Notes: generated by a model from the letters alone, not told the origin. A DNA stretch of 63,896 nt, filler included, from an uncultured Methanosarcinales archaeon (GCA_964608065.1; 4 parts of 4 records of this genome joined end to end with filler, not necessarily neighbours in it); one strand, 5' to 3'. Shown: positions 1 to 10,214, counted from the whole stretch's first letter. Numbers and translations are program-made.

Positions 1-61
1 TGGTAACAGTAGAATTCAAAGATTTATATTAGATGGTAAAGAAATTTTTAAATTAAAATAA

Positions 62-418
62 TTATAAGCTTCTAACTGATACAGGTACTGAGACTGGTGC
101 TGTGTCTACAAACTTTTTCTTACCTTGTTGCCCTTCTATATAACCATCCACCCTTGTCCAGAAATAATCTATAAAGCTTTTTACTTTTTTTTTTTTTTTG
201 TTTAATTTATATAAATTTGCTTTTCCTATTGATCTTGTTTTAATTACAAATTTATTTTTTATAAAATAAGGAAATACTCGTTTTAAAGTTGCATAACTAA
301 CTTTAGCTAATTCTGAGATTTCTGTTAGGTTATAGTCAAACTCTTGATGGGTTATTAAAAAGTCCCAGACCTTATTTTTAGGTGTGCTATCTTCGAGTTT
401 TAGGAATATTGAAGTCAT
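62..418 (-). CDS. winged-helix DNA-binding protein
   Basis: 118 aa; HTH 'YNLTEISELAKVSYATLKR' plus wing 'TRSIGKANLYKLN'. Confidence 0.75.
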   Translation of the reverse strand: MTSIFLKLEDSTPKNKVWDFLITHQEFDYNLTEISELAKVSYATLKRVFPYFIKNKFVIKTRSIGKANLYKLNKKKKKVKSFIDYFWTRVDGYIEGQQGKKKFVDTAPVSVPVSVRSL

Positions 419-537
419 TTTATACTTAGTAATATGGGAGTATATATAAATATTTCTATTTTGAGCTTTTAATGGCTCATTTTTGAGCTAAAAAACATAA
501 AGTTTATATAATAGTTTAGATTATAGTTGCTAAGAAA

Positions 538-792
538 ATGAGTAAGATAGATTATAAAGTTGCAACAGATATTATCAGAATATTATGGAATAATGGTTGT
601 TTTGGAAATGGTACTTTAGGTGAAGATATCTTTAAAAGACATTTTAGAAGGCAGGGAAATGTTGATAAGGTTTTGAATATTTTATATAAAAAAGAGATAT
701 TAGATAGAGTAAAGAAGAAAGGAAGATGGAAGTATTATATATTAGATAAAGAAAAGGCAAAGCAAATAAGAGATGGAAATTTGAAATTCTAA
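538..792 (+). CDS. small hypothetical protein, possibly winged helix
   Basis: 84 aa ORF divergent from the wHTH gene, TATA-like TTTATATA upstream. Confidence 0.55.
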   Translation: MSKIDYKVATDIIRILWNNGCFGNGTLGEDIFKRHFRRQGNVDKVLNILYKKEILDRVKKKGRWKYYILDKEKAKQIRDGNLKF

Positions 793-868
793 ACACCTTT
801 AAAACCCCAACATTTAAATACTATTCTTTAACTACCAAATCTGTATAACATATAAGGGGACGGTATTT

Positions 869-2716
869 ATGGCCAAAAATAACAAGACTGATTATAAAAC
901 TCCAAAGAAAGAAACAAAGAAAAAAGAAGAATTACCAAAGGAATTGCAACAACTACCAAAAGAAGCCCAGGAAAAACTAAAGCAAATAAAATCAAAGCTT
1001 GAAAAGTTTAAGAAAAAAGTTCTAGACAAATTTGATAAATATATTACAGGAGTTGCATTATTACCTCCTCCAAAACCTGAAGAAGGCAAAAAAGAAGATA
1101 AAGAATCTATTAATGTGTTAGTTCTAGTAGATGATTCTGACAGCCAAAAGATGTCAAAGCAGGAGTTAAAGGAAAAGTTAGGGACTATAGTTGAGAGTGT
1201 TGCAAAGGAAATTGATAAAAACATTAAACCACAGACAGTTATTCTATCAGAGCTGTGGCAGAGTTGTTATGATGCTAAATATGATCTATTGCAGTTGATA
1301 GCTTTATCTGCTCCAATACATGATACTGGAATGTTATCTGCTATCAAAATAGCTGAAGTCCATAAAAACATGATTCTAAAGAAGTTTGAAAGATATATTG
1401 TTAGTTATGTTCTAGCTGGAAGCTTAGTTCAAGGCAAGGCTACTAAAACTTCAGACATAGATGTATGGGTTGTCATAGATGACACTGATGTTAAAAAGAT
1501 GACAAGAGCAGAATTAAAGGATAAATTAAGAGCTATTATCATAGGAATGGGTATTGAAGCAGGAGAGATGACTGGAATCAGAAATAAATTAAATATCCAG
1601 GTCTATATATTGACTGATTTCTGGGATTCTTTAAAAGAAGCAAATCCTATAATTTTCACTTTATTAAGAGATGGAGTTCCATTCTATGACAGAGGCATAT
1701 TTATGCCTTGGAAACAATTATTGAAGATGGGCAAAATCAAGCCAAGTGCTGAAGCTATAGATATGTTTATGAGCTCTGGTGAGCAGATGCTTCAGAGAGT
1801 TCATTTCAAACTAAAAGATATTGGGATGGAAGATATATTCTATGCAATACTGACTCCATCACAGGCTGCTATAATGATGTACGGTTTGAGTCCTCCAACT
1901 CCAAAAGAAACTCCAAGATTAATGAGAGAATTGTTTGTTCAGAAAGAGAAATTACTGGAAGGAAAGTTTGTAGATATTTTAGACAGAACTATTAATATAA
2001 GAAAAGAGATAGAGCATGGCAGTAAAAAGGAGTTAACTGGAAAGGAAGTAGACCAGTTATTGACTGATGCTGAGAAATATCTGAAAAGAATAAAAAGACT
2101 ATTCACACAGATTGAGAAGATCAAAGAAGAGTCAGAGATGATAGAAGTCTATGATACAATAGTTACTATGATAAGGGATGTTTTAAAATTAGAAGGTATA
2201 GAGAAAGTTTCAGATATAGAGATTGTCAAGATATTTGAAGATGAATTAATTGCACAAGGCAAGATTCCTGCTAAATTCTTAAGAATGTTAAATGGGATAA
2301 TCAAAGCTAAGAAAGATTATGATGAAAAGAAGTTAACTAAAGAAGAAGTGGAAAAGGTCAAGAAAGATTCAAGAGTGTTTATCAAGTTCTTAGTTGAATA
2401 TATGCAAAGGAAAAGAGGCAGAGAATTAGAAAGAGCTAAAATCAGGGTTAAACATGGCAACAGATACGGAGAAGTTATATTATTAGGGGATGTTGCTTTT
2501 ATTATCCATGATATTGATCATGAAGAGAAAGAGTTAAGTAAGGCAAAAATTAAACCTGATGGAAGCTTAGGTCCTACTTCAAGAACTACATTAGAAGAAC
2601 TAGAGAAATATTTAGCAAAAGTAGAGATTCCTCCAAAAGTCTTTATCAAAGAACCAATCTTCGAAGATTTAAAGAAAGTGTTTGGTAAGGATGTTGAAGT
2701 TTTGGTTAATTATTAA
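869..2716 (+). CDS. nucleotidyltransferase (MNT)-HEPN multidomain protein
   Basis: GSLVQG..SDIDV pol-beta NTase motif, degenerate N-terminal NTase repeat (INVLVLVDD), HEPN-like helical region with RKEIEH. Confidence 0.75.
   Translation: MAKNNKTDYKTPKKETKKKEELPKELQQLPKEAQEKLKQIKSKLEKFKKKVLDKFDKYITGVALLPPPKPEEGKKEDKESINVLVLVDDSDSQKMSKQELKEKLGTIVESVAKEIDKNIKPQTVILSELWQSCYDAKYDLLQLIALSAPIHDTGMLSAIKIAEVHKNMILKKFERYIVSYVLAGSLVQGKATKTSDIDVWVVIDDTDVKKMTRAELKDKLRAIIIGMGIEAGEMTGIRNKLNIQVYILTDFWDSLKEANPIIFTLLRDGVPFYDRGIFMPWKQLLKMGKIKPSAEAIDMFMSSGEQMLQRVHFKLKDIGMEDIFYAILTPSQAAIMMYGLSPPTPKETPRLMRELFVQKEKLLEGKFVDILDRTINIRKEIEHGSKKELTGKEVDQLLTDAEKYLKRIKRLFTQIEKIKEESEMIEVYDTIVTMIRDVLKLEGIEKVSDIEIVKIFEDELIAQGKIPAKFLRMLNGIIKAKKDYDEKKLTKEEVEKVKKDSRVFIKFLVEYMQRKRGRELERAKIRVKHGNRYGEVILLGDVAFIIHDIDHEEKELSKAKIKPDGSLGPTSRTTLEELEKYLAKVEIPPKVFIKEPIFEDLKKVFGKDVEVLVNY
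2636..2714 (+). repeat. 79-bp direct repeat copy 1 (3' end of MNT-HEPN gene)
   Basis: identical to 3241-3319. Confidence 0.95.
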
Positions 2717-2973
2717 TAGACTCTTCCTCTTTTGTCAAATTTAATAACTAAAATCAATTTTTCTTCATATGAAACTGAATACAGAATTCTATAATCACCT
2801 ACTCTAACCCTAAATATTTTCTCATCTTTGTATTCTTCTACCCTTACTGTTTCTGGAGGGAAAGGCTCTAATTGAAGTCTTAGTAGTTTAGTTTTTATTC
2901 TTTTCTTAGTTAACTCATCTAGTTTGTTAATAAATTTAACAGCTCTTGGTGCAAATTCAACAGAAAAAAGCAT
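2713..2973 (-). CDS. RelE/ParE family type II toxin
   Basis: 86 aa with 'FRVRVGDYRILY' and C-terminal 'KRGRVY'. Confidence 0.9.
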   Translation of the reverse strand: MLFSVEFAPRAVKFINKLDELTKKRIKTKLLRLQLEPFPPETVRVEEYKDEKIFRVRVGDYRILYSVSYEEKLILVIKFDKRGRVY

Positions 2974-2974
2974 T

Positions 2975-3181
2975 TTAACTAAAGACTTCTTTCATAGATT
3001 TTAGTTTATTTTGTTTCTTTGCTTCCAATGCTTCATCTACTGCTTTTTTATCTTCATCTGAGAGAAATTTGTCCTCAAACACACTTTTAATGAAATCCAC
3101 TTCTTTTTTCACACCAGTAACTACCTTTTTTATTTCTCCTATTTCATGCATTACATTATTTTGGAATTTTATTTCTGTCAT
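2975..3181 (-). CDS. putative antitoxin
   Basis: 68 aa directly upstream of the toxin; 'LSDEDKKAVDEAL..LKSMKEV' C-terminus typical of archaeal antitoxins. Confidence 0.75.
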   Translation of the reverse strand: MTEIKFQNNVMHEIGEIKKVVTGVKKEVDFIKSVFEDKFLSDEDKKAVDEALEAKKQNKLKSMKEVFS

Positions 3182-3240
3182 AGTTAGTATATATGGCTAT
3201 GATATATATAAAACTTTTGTTTACTTACCAATAGAGTTCT

Positions 3241-3319
3241 AAAGTCTTTATCAAAGAACCAATCTTCGAAGATTTAAAGAAAGTGTTTGGTAAGGATGTT
3301 GAAGTTTTGGTTAATTATT
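3241..3319 (+). repeat. 79-bp direct repeat copy 2 (orphan gene 3' end)
   Basis: identical to 2636-2714; reading frame ends in TGA. Confidence 0.95.
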
Positions 3320-3377
3320 GATTTAAAGTTTTAAAATCAACAACATTTAAATACTACTATTTTCTTTCAAGGTGCTT

Positions 3378-4268
3378 ATGTATGATGTAATTATTATTGG
3401 CGGGGGAGCTGCTGGATTGACTGCAGCTATATATTCTGTTAGATATAAACTTAAAACAGCAGTTATAGCCAAAGAAATGGGCGGTGTAATAGTCAACACA
3501 CATGAAATAGAAAACTGGCCTGGAGAGAAGAGTATTTCTGGATTAGACCTAATGAATAAGTTTGAAGAACAGGCTAAATCATTAGGTGTTGAAACAAAAG
3601 AAGAGGAAGTAAAAAAAATAAAAAAAGGTTTTAAAGTTATTACAGACAAAGCAGAGTATGAGACAAAAACAATAATATTAGCAATGGGAACAAAAAGAAG
3701 AAAATTAAATATTCCTGGAGAAGATAAACTTGCAGGAAAAGGTGTTAGTTATTGCGCAACCTGCGATGCTGCTTTTTTTAAAGATAAAACAGTAGCAGTA
3801 GTAGGTGGAAATGATTCAGCTGCAAGAGCAGTTCAGATATGCGCAGAATATTCAAAGAAAGTTTATGTTATATACAGAAAAGAAAAGATGAGGGCAGAAC
3901 CAGCTTTAGTTGAAGAGTTAGAAAACAATGATAAAGTTGAATTTATCTATAATGCGAATGTTACAGAAGTTTCAGGAGATAAATTTGTAGAAAAAATTAA
4001 ACTAGATACTGGGAAAAATATAGAGCTGCAGGGTTTATTTATTGAAGTAGGTGGGACACCAGCAGCAGCTTTAGCAGCAGATATTGGTGTAAAGTTAAAT
4101 GATAAAAACTATATAGAAGTTAGTAATGAAATGAAAACAAGCTGTGATGGAGTTTATGCAGCAGGAGACATAACAACAGGTTCAGCTGGGTTTCAGCAAT
4201 TAGTGACTGCTTCAAGCGAAGGAGCAATTGCTGCTTTTAATGCATATAAATTTATAAAGGCACAATGA
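3378..4268 (+). CDS. trxB: thioredoxin reductase
   Basis: GGGAAG FAD motif, CATCD redox motif, GVYAAGD. Confidence 0.92.
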   Translation: MYDVIIIGGGAAGLTAAIYSVRYKLKTAVIAKEMGGVIVNTHEIENWPGEKSISGLDLMNKFEEQAKSLGVETKEEEVKKIKKGFKVITDKAEYETKTIILAMGTKRRKLNIPGEDKLAGKGVSYCATCDAAFFKDKTVAVVGGNDSAARAVQICAEYSKKVYVIYRKEKMRAEPALVEELENNDKVEFIYNANVTEVSGDKFVEKIKLDTGKNIELQGLFIEVGGTPAAALAADIGVKLNDKNYIEVSNEMKTSCDGVYAAGDITTGSAGFQQLVTASSEGAIAAFNAYKFIKAQ

Positions 4269-4408
4269 ATGATATAATTAAAGATGTTGAGAAATTTAAA
4301 GTTGTAAAAAGATGTCCAAAGTGTAATGGTTTGGGCTTAACTTTTAATGAAGGAAGAATAAAATGCCAAAATTGTGGCTATGAAGAAAATATTAAGGTGA
4401 TACAATGA
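4265..4408 (+). CDS. small zinc-ribbon protein (47 aa, not in ORF track)
   Basis: MNDIIKDVEKFKVVKRCPKCNG..KCQNCGY; ATGA overlaps with both neighbours. Confidence 0.75.
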   Translation: MNDIIKDVEKFKVVKRCPKCNGLGLTFNEGRIKCQNCGYEENIKVIQ

Positions 4409-4911
4409 GCACACAACATAAAGGACAGAGAATAGGGGTTTTTGTTGATGTACAGAACCTTTATTATTCTGCTAAAAATTTATACAAAGCAAAGGTTAAT
4501 TTCAGAGAAGTTCTAAAAAATGCTGTTAAAACAAGAACACTAGTAAGAGCAATAGCATATGTAATCAAAGCTGATATAAAGGATGAAAAGAATTTTTTTG
4601 ATGCTTTAACAAATATGGGTTTTGAAGTTAAATCAAAGGACTTGCAGACATTCTGGGGAGGCCATAAGAAAGGAGATTGGGATGTAGGTATAGCTATGGA
4701 TTGTATTGAGCTTGCACAGAAATTAGATACATTGGTATTAATTTCAGGAGACGGAGATTTTATACCTTTAGTGCAGCATTTAAGCAAGGCTATGGGCTGC
4801 AGAGTAGAAGTTATGGCTTTTGGTAAGAGCTCTTCTTCAAAATTGAAAGAAGAAGCAGATTTATTCACAGATTTAGATATAAATGCATCAAAGTTTTTAA
4901 TGAAAAAGTAA
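4405..4911 (+). CDS. NYN domain (LabA/DUF88) protein
   Basis: FVDVQN, KGDWDV, SGDGDF motifs. Confidence 0.9.
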   Translation: MSTQHKGQRIGVFVDVQNLYYSAKNLYKAKVNFREVLKNAVKTRTLVRAIAYVIKADIKDEKNFFDALTNMGFEVKSKDLQTFWGGHKKGDWDVGIAMDCIELAQKLDTLVLISGDGDFIPLVQHLSKAMGCRVEVMAFGKSSSSKLKEEADLFTDLDINASKFLMKK

Positions 4912-4924
4912 GAGGTGGGTTTTA

Positions 4925-5188
4925 ATGAGTGACTTAAATTTTTGTCCAAGTTGTGATTCACCAGGACATAAAGTAGTAAGGTTTAATGACAAGCTGTGTT
5001 TTTGCAAGGTTTGCAGTAATTTTTTTAATTTAGATTTTCTTGAAACAAAATGTCCTAAATGTGATAATAAAAAAATTAAAACATCTGATTTTCCAGGTCC
5101 AAAAGGAGAATTGGTGTTTCATTGCGATAAATGCAAGAAGACTACCTCTGCTTCAGAGTTTTTAAAAAATAATGGTGTAAAAGCATGA
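4925..5188 (+). CDS. double zinc-ribbon protein
   Basis: four CxxC pairs in 87 aa. Confidence 0.75.
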   Translation: MSDLNFCPSCDSPGHKVVRFNDKLCFCKVCSNFFNLDFLETKCPKCDNKKIKTSDFPGPKGELVFHCDKCKKTTSASEFLKNNGVKA

Positions 5189-5925
5189 AATTAATTATAG
5201 GAAACTGGAAGATGAACAAGACTGTCAAAGAGGCAATTAATCTTGTGACTAGTCTAAAGAAAAAGCTAAATGATGTTAAGATTGTGATTTGCCCTCCTTT
5301 TACAGCTTTATGCGAAGTTCATGATATAGTTAAGAATTCAAATATTGAGTTAGGAGCTCAGGATGTTTTTTATGAAGATAAAGGAGCTTATACAGGAGAG
5401 ATCTCAGCTGAGATGCTGAAAGATGCTGGTTGTGGTTATGTAATAATAGGCCATAGTGAAAGAAGACAGTATTTTGGAGAAACAGATGAATTAGTTAATA
5501 AAAAAATAAAAAAAAGTCTAGAGCATGGGTTAAAAGCTATAGTCTGTGTTGGGGAAAACCTTGAAGAAAGGGAAAAAAGCGAGCACAGGGCTGTTATAGA
5601 AAAACAATTAAGAAGATGTCTGAAAGGTTTAAAAAAAAATAATATGGATCATGTTATTGTAGCTTATGAGCCTAGATGGGCTATTGGAACTGGAAAAACA
5701 GCAACACCGCAGCAAGCTCAGGAAATACACTCTTTTATAAGAAGTCTATTAGGTATGATATTCAGTGAAGATATTGCTAAAAAAACAAAAATACTTTATG
5801 GAGGCTCTGTCAATCCAAGCAATGTAAATGACTTGATGAAGATGAAAGATATAGATGGTGCTTTGGTTGGTGGTGCTAGTCTAGATGCTGAAAAATTTGT
5901 TCAGATTGTTAAATATAAGGGGTGA
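5185..5925 (+). CDS. tpiA: triosephosphate isomerase (bacterial type)
   Basis: GNWKMN, GHSERR, AYEP, LYGGSV, LVGGAS. Confidence 0.97.
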   Translation: MKLIIGNWKMNKTVKEAINLVTSLKKKLNDVKIVICPPFTALCEVHDIVKNSNIELGAQDVFYEDKGAYTGEISAEMLKDAGCGYVIIGHSERRQYFGETDELVNKKIKKSLEHGLKAIVCVGENLEEREKSEHRAVIEKQLRRCLKGLKKNNMDHVIVAYEPRWAIGTGKTATPQQAQEIHSFIRSLLGMIFSEDIAKKTKILYGGSVNPSNVNDLMKMKDIDGALVGGASLDAEKFVQIVKYKG

Positions 5926-5930
5926 GTTAT

Positions 5931-6107
5931 ATGAGTATAATTGTAAAGGCTAAATTAAAAGAAATTGCTAAGGTTGATGATAAAGCTTTAAATGTTTCAG
6001 CTGATCTTGCAGACAAACTGAATGAGAAAGTTGTCAATATGGTTAAGGAAGCCTGTGTAAGGGCTAAATCAAACGGTAGAAATACAGTGATGGCTAAGGA
6101 TTTATAA
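5931..6107 (+). CDS. small histone-fold protein (DUF1931-like)
   Basis: C-terminal 'RAKSNGRNTVMAKDL' RxTxxxxD motif. Confidence 0.8.
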   Translation: MSIIVKAKLKEIAKVDDKALNVSADLADKLNEKVVNMVKEACVRAKSNGRNTVMAKDL

Positions 6108-6632
6108 TTTTTGTTTTAAATTATTTATTCTTTCTTCTATTTTTTCTAATAGTTCTGGATTATATTGCTTTGACTTTTTTATAAGATTGTATTTATCTTC
6201 TAATTTTTTTATTTGCTGCTGCAAATTGTTTTTTCTCTGTGTTCTTGTCATAACATTCTTTTTTATTTTTTTCTCCAAAGCTTCTACTTTTATTTGTCTT
6301 TCTTTTCTATAGCTTAGAAATTCATTTATTTTTTGTTCAAAAGCGTTAATTCTTCTTTCCAGTTCTTTAGTCATAAAAAAATCCCTTTGTTGTTGTGTGA
6401 CTAGTTTTTTTTCTGCTTCAACTACATTACTGATTTTATTCTGCAGTTCTTTTAGTTCTCTTTCTAAAATGGGTTGTTTTGTTTTTGGCAAAGAAATATC
6501 TTTTACTTTTTTGAATTGTCTTGAAAGTTCTTCTTTAGCTGTTTTTCTTTCGTTTATTTTTTTTTGTGCCAGGGATAGATTTTTTAAAAAGAGGCTTACC
6601 TTTGCATGATCTATATTTTTAGAATCTATCAT
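6102..6632 (-). CDS. coiled-coil hypothetical protein
   Basis: 176 aa K/E/Q-rich, coupled to upstream gene. Confidence 0.7.
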   Translation of the reverse strand: MIDSKNIDHAKVSLFLKNLSLAQKKINERKTAKEELSRQFKKVKDISLPKTKQPILERELKELQNKISNVVEAEKKLVTQQQRDFFMTKELERRINAFEQKINEFLSYRKERQIKVEALEKKIKKNVMTRTQRKNNLQQQIKKLEDKYNLIKKSKQYNPELLEKIEERINNLKQKL

Positions 6633-7153
6633 TTCCTTGATCTACCGAATAGTCCTCTTTTTTGTTTGTTTTCTGAAAAGTCTGGTAGGGGTGGAATATC
6701 AAAAGAGGGTGGTGGTGGAATGTCAAATCCTGGCGGTAGAGGTCTGTTTTGTTGTGGAGGCATCTCTATAGGTCGAGGTATATTCTGTGGAATTGGTCTT
6801 GGTGGTTGTTCTAAAACTTGTTTGTCTGCTTTTAGTTTTAATTCTTTAATCATGTCTGCAACTGCCACTATGCCTTCTGCTATCCTTGTATTTTGGTCAG
6901 AAAGTAAATTTAATCTATGTTGTACTTCTTTAATATAAGGCGGTTCTTTTTCTTCCAGTTTAAAGCTTTCATGAGCTTCTTTGAATAAATCCAATAAATC
7001 ATTTATAGAATCCTTAAGCTGTGTTACCTGGTACATAATGTTTTTAGTATCTGTTTTTGTTTGTTTGTTTTTTAAGTCTTCTAGTTCTTTTTTGATCCCC
7101 ACTATCTCTTTATGAGGTAATAAATCATAATTTTCATCATCCATGAAGGCCAC
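6629..7153 (-). CDS. hypothetical protein, coiled coil plus Pro-rich tail
   Basis: 174 aa; SD GAGG upstream. Confidence 0.7.
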   Translation of the reverse strand: MAFMDDENYDLLPHKEIVGIKKELEDLKNKQTKTDTKNIMYQVTQLKDSINDLLDLFKEAHESFKLEEKEPPYIKEVQHRLNLLSDQNTRIAEGIVAVADMIKELKLKADKQVLEQPPRPIPQNIPRPIEMPPQQNRPLPPGFDIPPPPSFDIPPLPDFSENKQKRGLFGRSRK

Positions 7154-7297
7154 CTCTTTTTAAATTGTCCTAAGTAGGTAATTAATGCCATATCTATTTA
7201 AAGTTTTCTGTTAGGAGAATTCAATAATAAAAAAAAAAGAAAAAATAAAAAAGTCATAACTTAACTGATGTTATTTATTTAGGTGGAGTCCTATAAG

Positions 7298-8917
7298 TTA
7301 ATACTCGCCCATAGGCGGCATTCCACCTGGAGGCATTCCTGCCTGTCCTTTATCTCCTGAGCCTGCTATAACATCATCAATTCTTAGTATCATTATAGCT
7401 ACTTCTGAAGCTGAAGATACTGCTTGAGTCTTAATCTTTAATGGCTCGATAACTCCGTTTTTCCATGCATCTACTACTTTTCCTGTGAAAACATCAATGC
7501 CTGCCCATTTTTGCTTTTTGTCATGAGCTGATTTTAGCTCTGTTAGAACATCTATAGGGTCTAAGCCAGCATTTTCTGCTAAAGTTCTTGGGATTATTTC
7601 TATGGATTCTGCAAATGCCTGAACAGCTAATTGTTCTCTTCCTGATAAGGACTGGGCATATTTTCTTAACTGCTTTGCTAACTCTATTTCCGGAGCTCCT
7701 GCACCTGCAACTACTTTTCCAATCTTTAAAGCTGCTGCAACATCTCCTAATGCATCTTCCATTGCTCTTTTTACTTCATCAACAACATGCTCTGTGGTTC
7801 CTCTTACCAATATAGTTACTGTTTTTGGGTTTTTGCAGTTTTTTACATAAGTCATTTCTTCGTCTCCAACTTTGACTTCCTCTACAATTCCTGCTTTTCC
7901 CAAATCTTTTTCTGATAAGTCTGCAAGGTTAGTTACAATATTAGCTCCTGTTGCTCTTGAAATTGCTTCCATATCTGATTTTTTTATTCTTCTAGCTGCA
8001 AAGATTCCTTGTTTAGCTAAGAAATGCTGCGCCATGTCATCTATTCCTTTTTGACAGAATACAACATTAGCTCCAGATTTTACAACTTTTTCAACCAGTT
8101 CTTTTATTATTTTTTCTTCCTGATCTAAGAAAGCCTGCATCTGGTTTGGATCTGTGATTTGTATTTTTGCATCAATTTCTGTTGATTTTAGTTCCAAAGC
8201 TGAGTCTATTAAAGCGATTTTTGCATTGTTTACTATTTTAGGCATTCCACTGTGTACACGCTCTTTATCTAATACAACACCTTCAATTAGTTCTGTGCTT
8301 TCAACAGAGCCTCCTACTTTCTTTTCCAGTTTGATGTTTTCCCTGTCTATTTCATTGTTTTCCATAACTAATTTAACAGCTTTAACTGATAAATCTGCTA
8401 GTTTTTCTTTTGCAGATTCTGCTCCTTTTCCTGTCATTGCTGTTATTGCTATTTTTCTTAAAATATCTGTGTCTTTTCCAGTTACATCTTCTGCCATTTC
8501 GTTTAAGATTTGTTGGCTTTTTTCAGCTGCTAGTCTATAACCTTTAGCTATAACAGTTGGATGAATATTTTTTTCTAGTAAATCTTCTGCGTTTTTTAAT
8601 AGTTCTCCTGCAAGAACAACTGCTGTGGTTGTTCCGTCTCCAACTTCATCTTCCTGGGTTTTTGCAATTTCAACAATCATTTTTGCAGATGGATGTTCTA
8701 TCTGCATTTCTTCTAGAATTGTGACTCCATCATTTGTGATTGTTACATCTCCTAATGAGTCTACAATCATCTTGTCCATTCCTTTTGGACCTAAAGTTGT
8801 TCTGACTGTTTCAGCAACTAGCCTTGCTGCCATTATGTTTGTTCTCTGAGCATTCCTTCCAGTGCTCCTCTGTGTGCCTTCAGGCAATATAAATATAGGT
8901 TGTATGTCCCTTGTCAT
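7298..8917 (-). CDS. thsA: thermosome (group II chaperonin) subunit
   Basis: [19 protein letters not shown] tail. Confidence 0.97.
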   Translation of the reverse strand: MTRDIQPIFILPEGTQRSTGRNAQRTNIMAARLVAETVRTTLGPKGMDKMIVDSLGDVTITNDGVTILEEMQIEHPSAKMIVEIAKTQEDEVGDGTTTAVVLAGELLKNAEDLLEKNIHPTVIAKGYRLAAEKSQQILNEMAEDVTGKDTDILRKIAITAMTGKGAESAKEKLADLSVKAVKLVMENNEIDRENIKLEKKVGGSVESTELIEGVVLDKERVHSGMPKIVNNAKIALIDSALELKSTEIDAKIQITDPNQMQAFLDQEEKIIKELVEKVVKSGANVVFCQKGIDDMAQHFLAKQGIFAARRIKKSDMEAISRATGANIVTNLADLSEKDLGKAGIVEEVKVGDEEMTYVKNCKNPKTVTILVRGTTEHVVDEVKRAMEDALGDVAAALKIGKVVAGAGAPEIELAKQLRKYAQSLSGREQLAVQAFAESIEIIPRTLAENAGLDPIDVLTELKSAHDKKQKWAGIDVFTGKVVDAWKNGVIEPLKIKTQAVSSASEVAIMILRIDDVIAGSGDKGQAGMPPGGMPPMGEY

Positions 8918-8995
8918 TTTATCTACCCCCTTGTATCGGTTTTTGTAGGAAAAGCTATGTAACGGGTTCTATATAAAGGTTTTGGTTTTGGGGCT

Positions 8996-9028
8996 TTGGC
9001 TATAAACCCCCACGTTGGCTATAAACCC
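8996..9028. repeat. 14-bp direct repeat TTGGCTATAAACCC x2 upstream of thermosome promoter
   Basis: copies at 8996-9009 and 9015-9028. Confidence 0.8.
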
Positions 9029-9084
9029 TAGAATCGACTTATAAAAGCATATTTGATAATATTTATTTCTATTGGTGATAATAG

Positions 9085-9291
9085 ATGGTAAAAGCTAAAA
9101 AATCTATAAAGAATGTGTGTAGTGATGCTTCTGGAACAGGAGGCATGATCTATGTGTTGGGATTCATAGGTGCAGCTATTTATTACATCTCGACAGCTAC
9201 AGGATTCTGGTCTGGAGTACTGGGGTTTTTGAAAGCCATTATCTGGCCGTTATTCTTGGTACTAGAAGCATTGAAGTTCTTAGGCGCATAG
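9085..9291 (+). CDS. small membrane protein
   Basis: two hydrophobic segments, GGTGA SD. Confidence 0.75.
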   Translation: MVKAKKSIKNVCSDASGTGGMIYVLGFIGAAIYYISTATGFWSGVLGFLKAIIWPLFLVLEALKFLGA

Positions 9292-9324
9292 AAATATAGT
9301 TTAAAAAATAAAAAAAAAAAAAAA

Positions 9325-9525
9325 CTATTTACTAAAAACCTTAGACATAGGCCCAATAGCAGCTACTATTCCTATAATCAAATACCAATACCAATCTAAA
9401 CTTAAGATTGGAGACCATAGCTTGGCTACAAACAATATAAACCCGGCTACACTAAGTTTTGTCAGGCTTATGTCATACCACTTCATCTTTTGTACTTTTG
9501 AATCAATCCATGCAAATAAACTCAT
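9325..9525 (-). CDS. small membrane protein
   Basis: two hydrophobic segments, GAGGTGA SD. Confidence 0.7.
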   Translation of the reverse strand: MSLFAWIDSKVQKMKWYDISLTKLSVAGFILFVAKLWSPILSLDWYWYLIIGIVAAIGPMSKVFSK

Positions 9526-9557
9526 TTTTTTTTTTTCACCTCTTTTTTTTTTTTTTT

Positions 9558-9752
9558 TTATTTCTTATTAAACTCCATTTGAATTTTCTTATATCTTAAA
9601 TAGAAATATCCTAGGCCAACTATAAGTATTACTGCTCCAAGCAGATATTTTTGTTTGTATAAAATATAGATTCCAATAGCTGTTATTACAATTATTGGCA
9701 ATGTTGCATATACCCAAAAAGATATTTTTGCTGTTTTCTGAATATCTGTCAT
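9558..9752 (-). CDS. small membrane protein
   Basis: two hydrophobic segments. Confidence 0.65.
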   Translation of the reverse strand: MTDIQKTAKISFWVYATLPIIVITAIGIYILYKQKYLLGAVILIVGLGYFYLRYKKIQMEFNKK

Positions 9753-9835
9753 AATATATTATAGAAAATGGACTAATATAAAAAAGTTAGTAAAATTTAT
9801 AAACTTAACATATAAACCATATCAAAGGTGATATC

Positions 9836-10129
9836 ATGGGAAAAGAAAAATTAGTTGCAATATTAAGTTATATAACAATTATTGGATGGATAATTGCATT
9901 AATTATGAACAGCAAAGAAAAAACAAAACTAGGAAGGTTTCATATAAGGCAGGCATTGATTATAATGCTGGCTGGAATAGTTGTAAGCTGGATACCTGTT
10001 ATTGGGTGGATTTTAAGCATAATTCTGTTTATATTCTGGATAATGGGATTAGTAGCTGCTATCCAATGTAAAGAAAAAGAGGTTCCAATAATAGGTGCTT
10101 GGGGCCAGAAATGGTTTAAAGGACTTTAA
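9836..10129 (+). CDS. DUF4870-like membrane protein
   Basis: 'LSYITIIGWIIA..FHIRQAL..VPIIG' pattern. Confidence 0.8.
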   Translation: MGKEKLVAILSYITIIGWIIALIMNSKEKTKLGRFHIRQALIIMLAGIVVSWIPVIGWILSIILFIFWIMGLVAAIQCKEKEVPIIGAWGQKWFKGL

Positions 10130-10214
10130 TTTTTTTTTTTTTTTTTAAAAAAAAATTTATAGACATAGGTTTTTACGCAAAATTTAAATAATCTAAGTTC
10201 ATACTTATATTAAA

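Noticed and set aside
5185..5925. Bacterial-type TPI in an archaeon
   Set aside because: Bacterial-like glycolytic enzymes are already known in DPANN archaea; not novel.
9300..10160. Long poly-A/T tracts in intergenic regions
   Set aside because: Consistent with archaeal U-rich terminators and unreliable homopolymer lengths; no evidence for phase variation.
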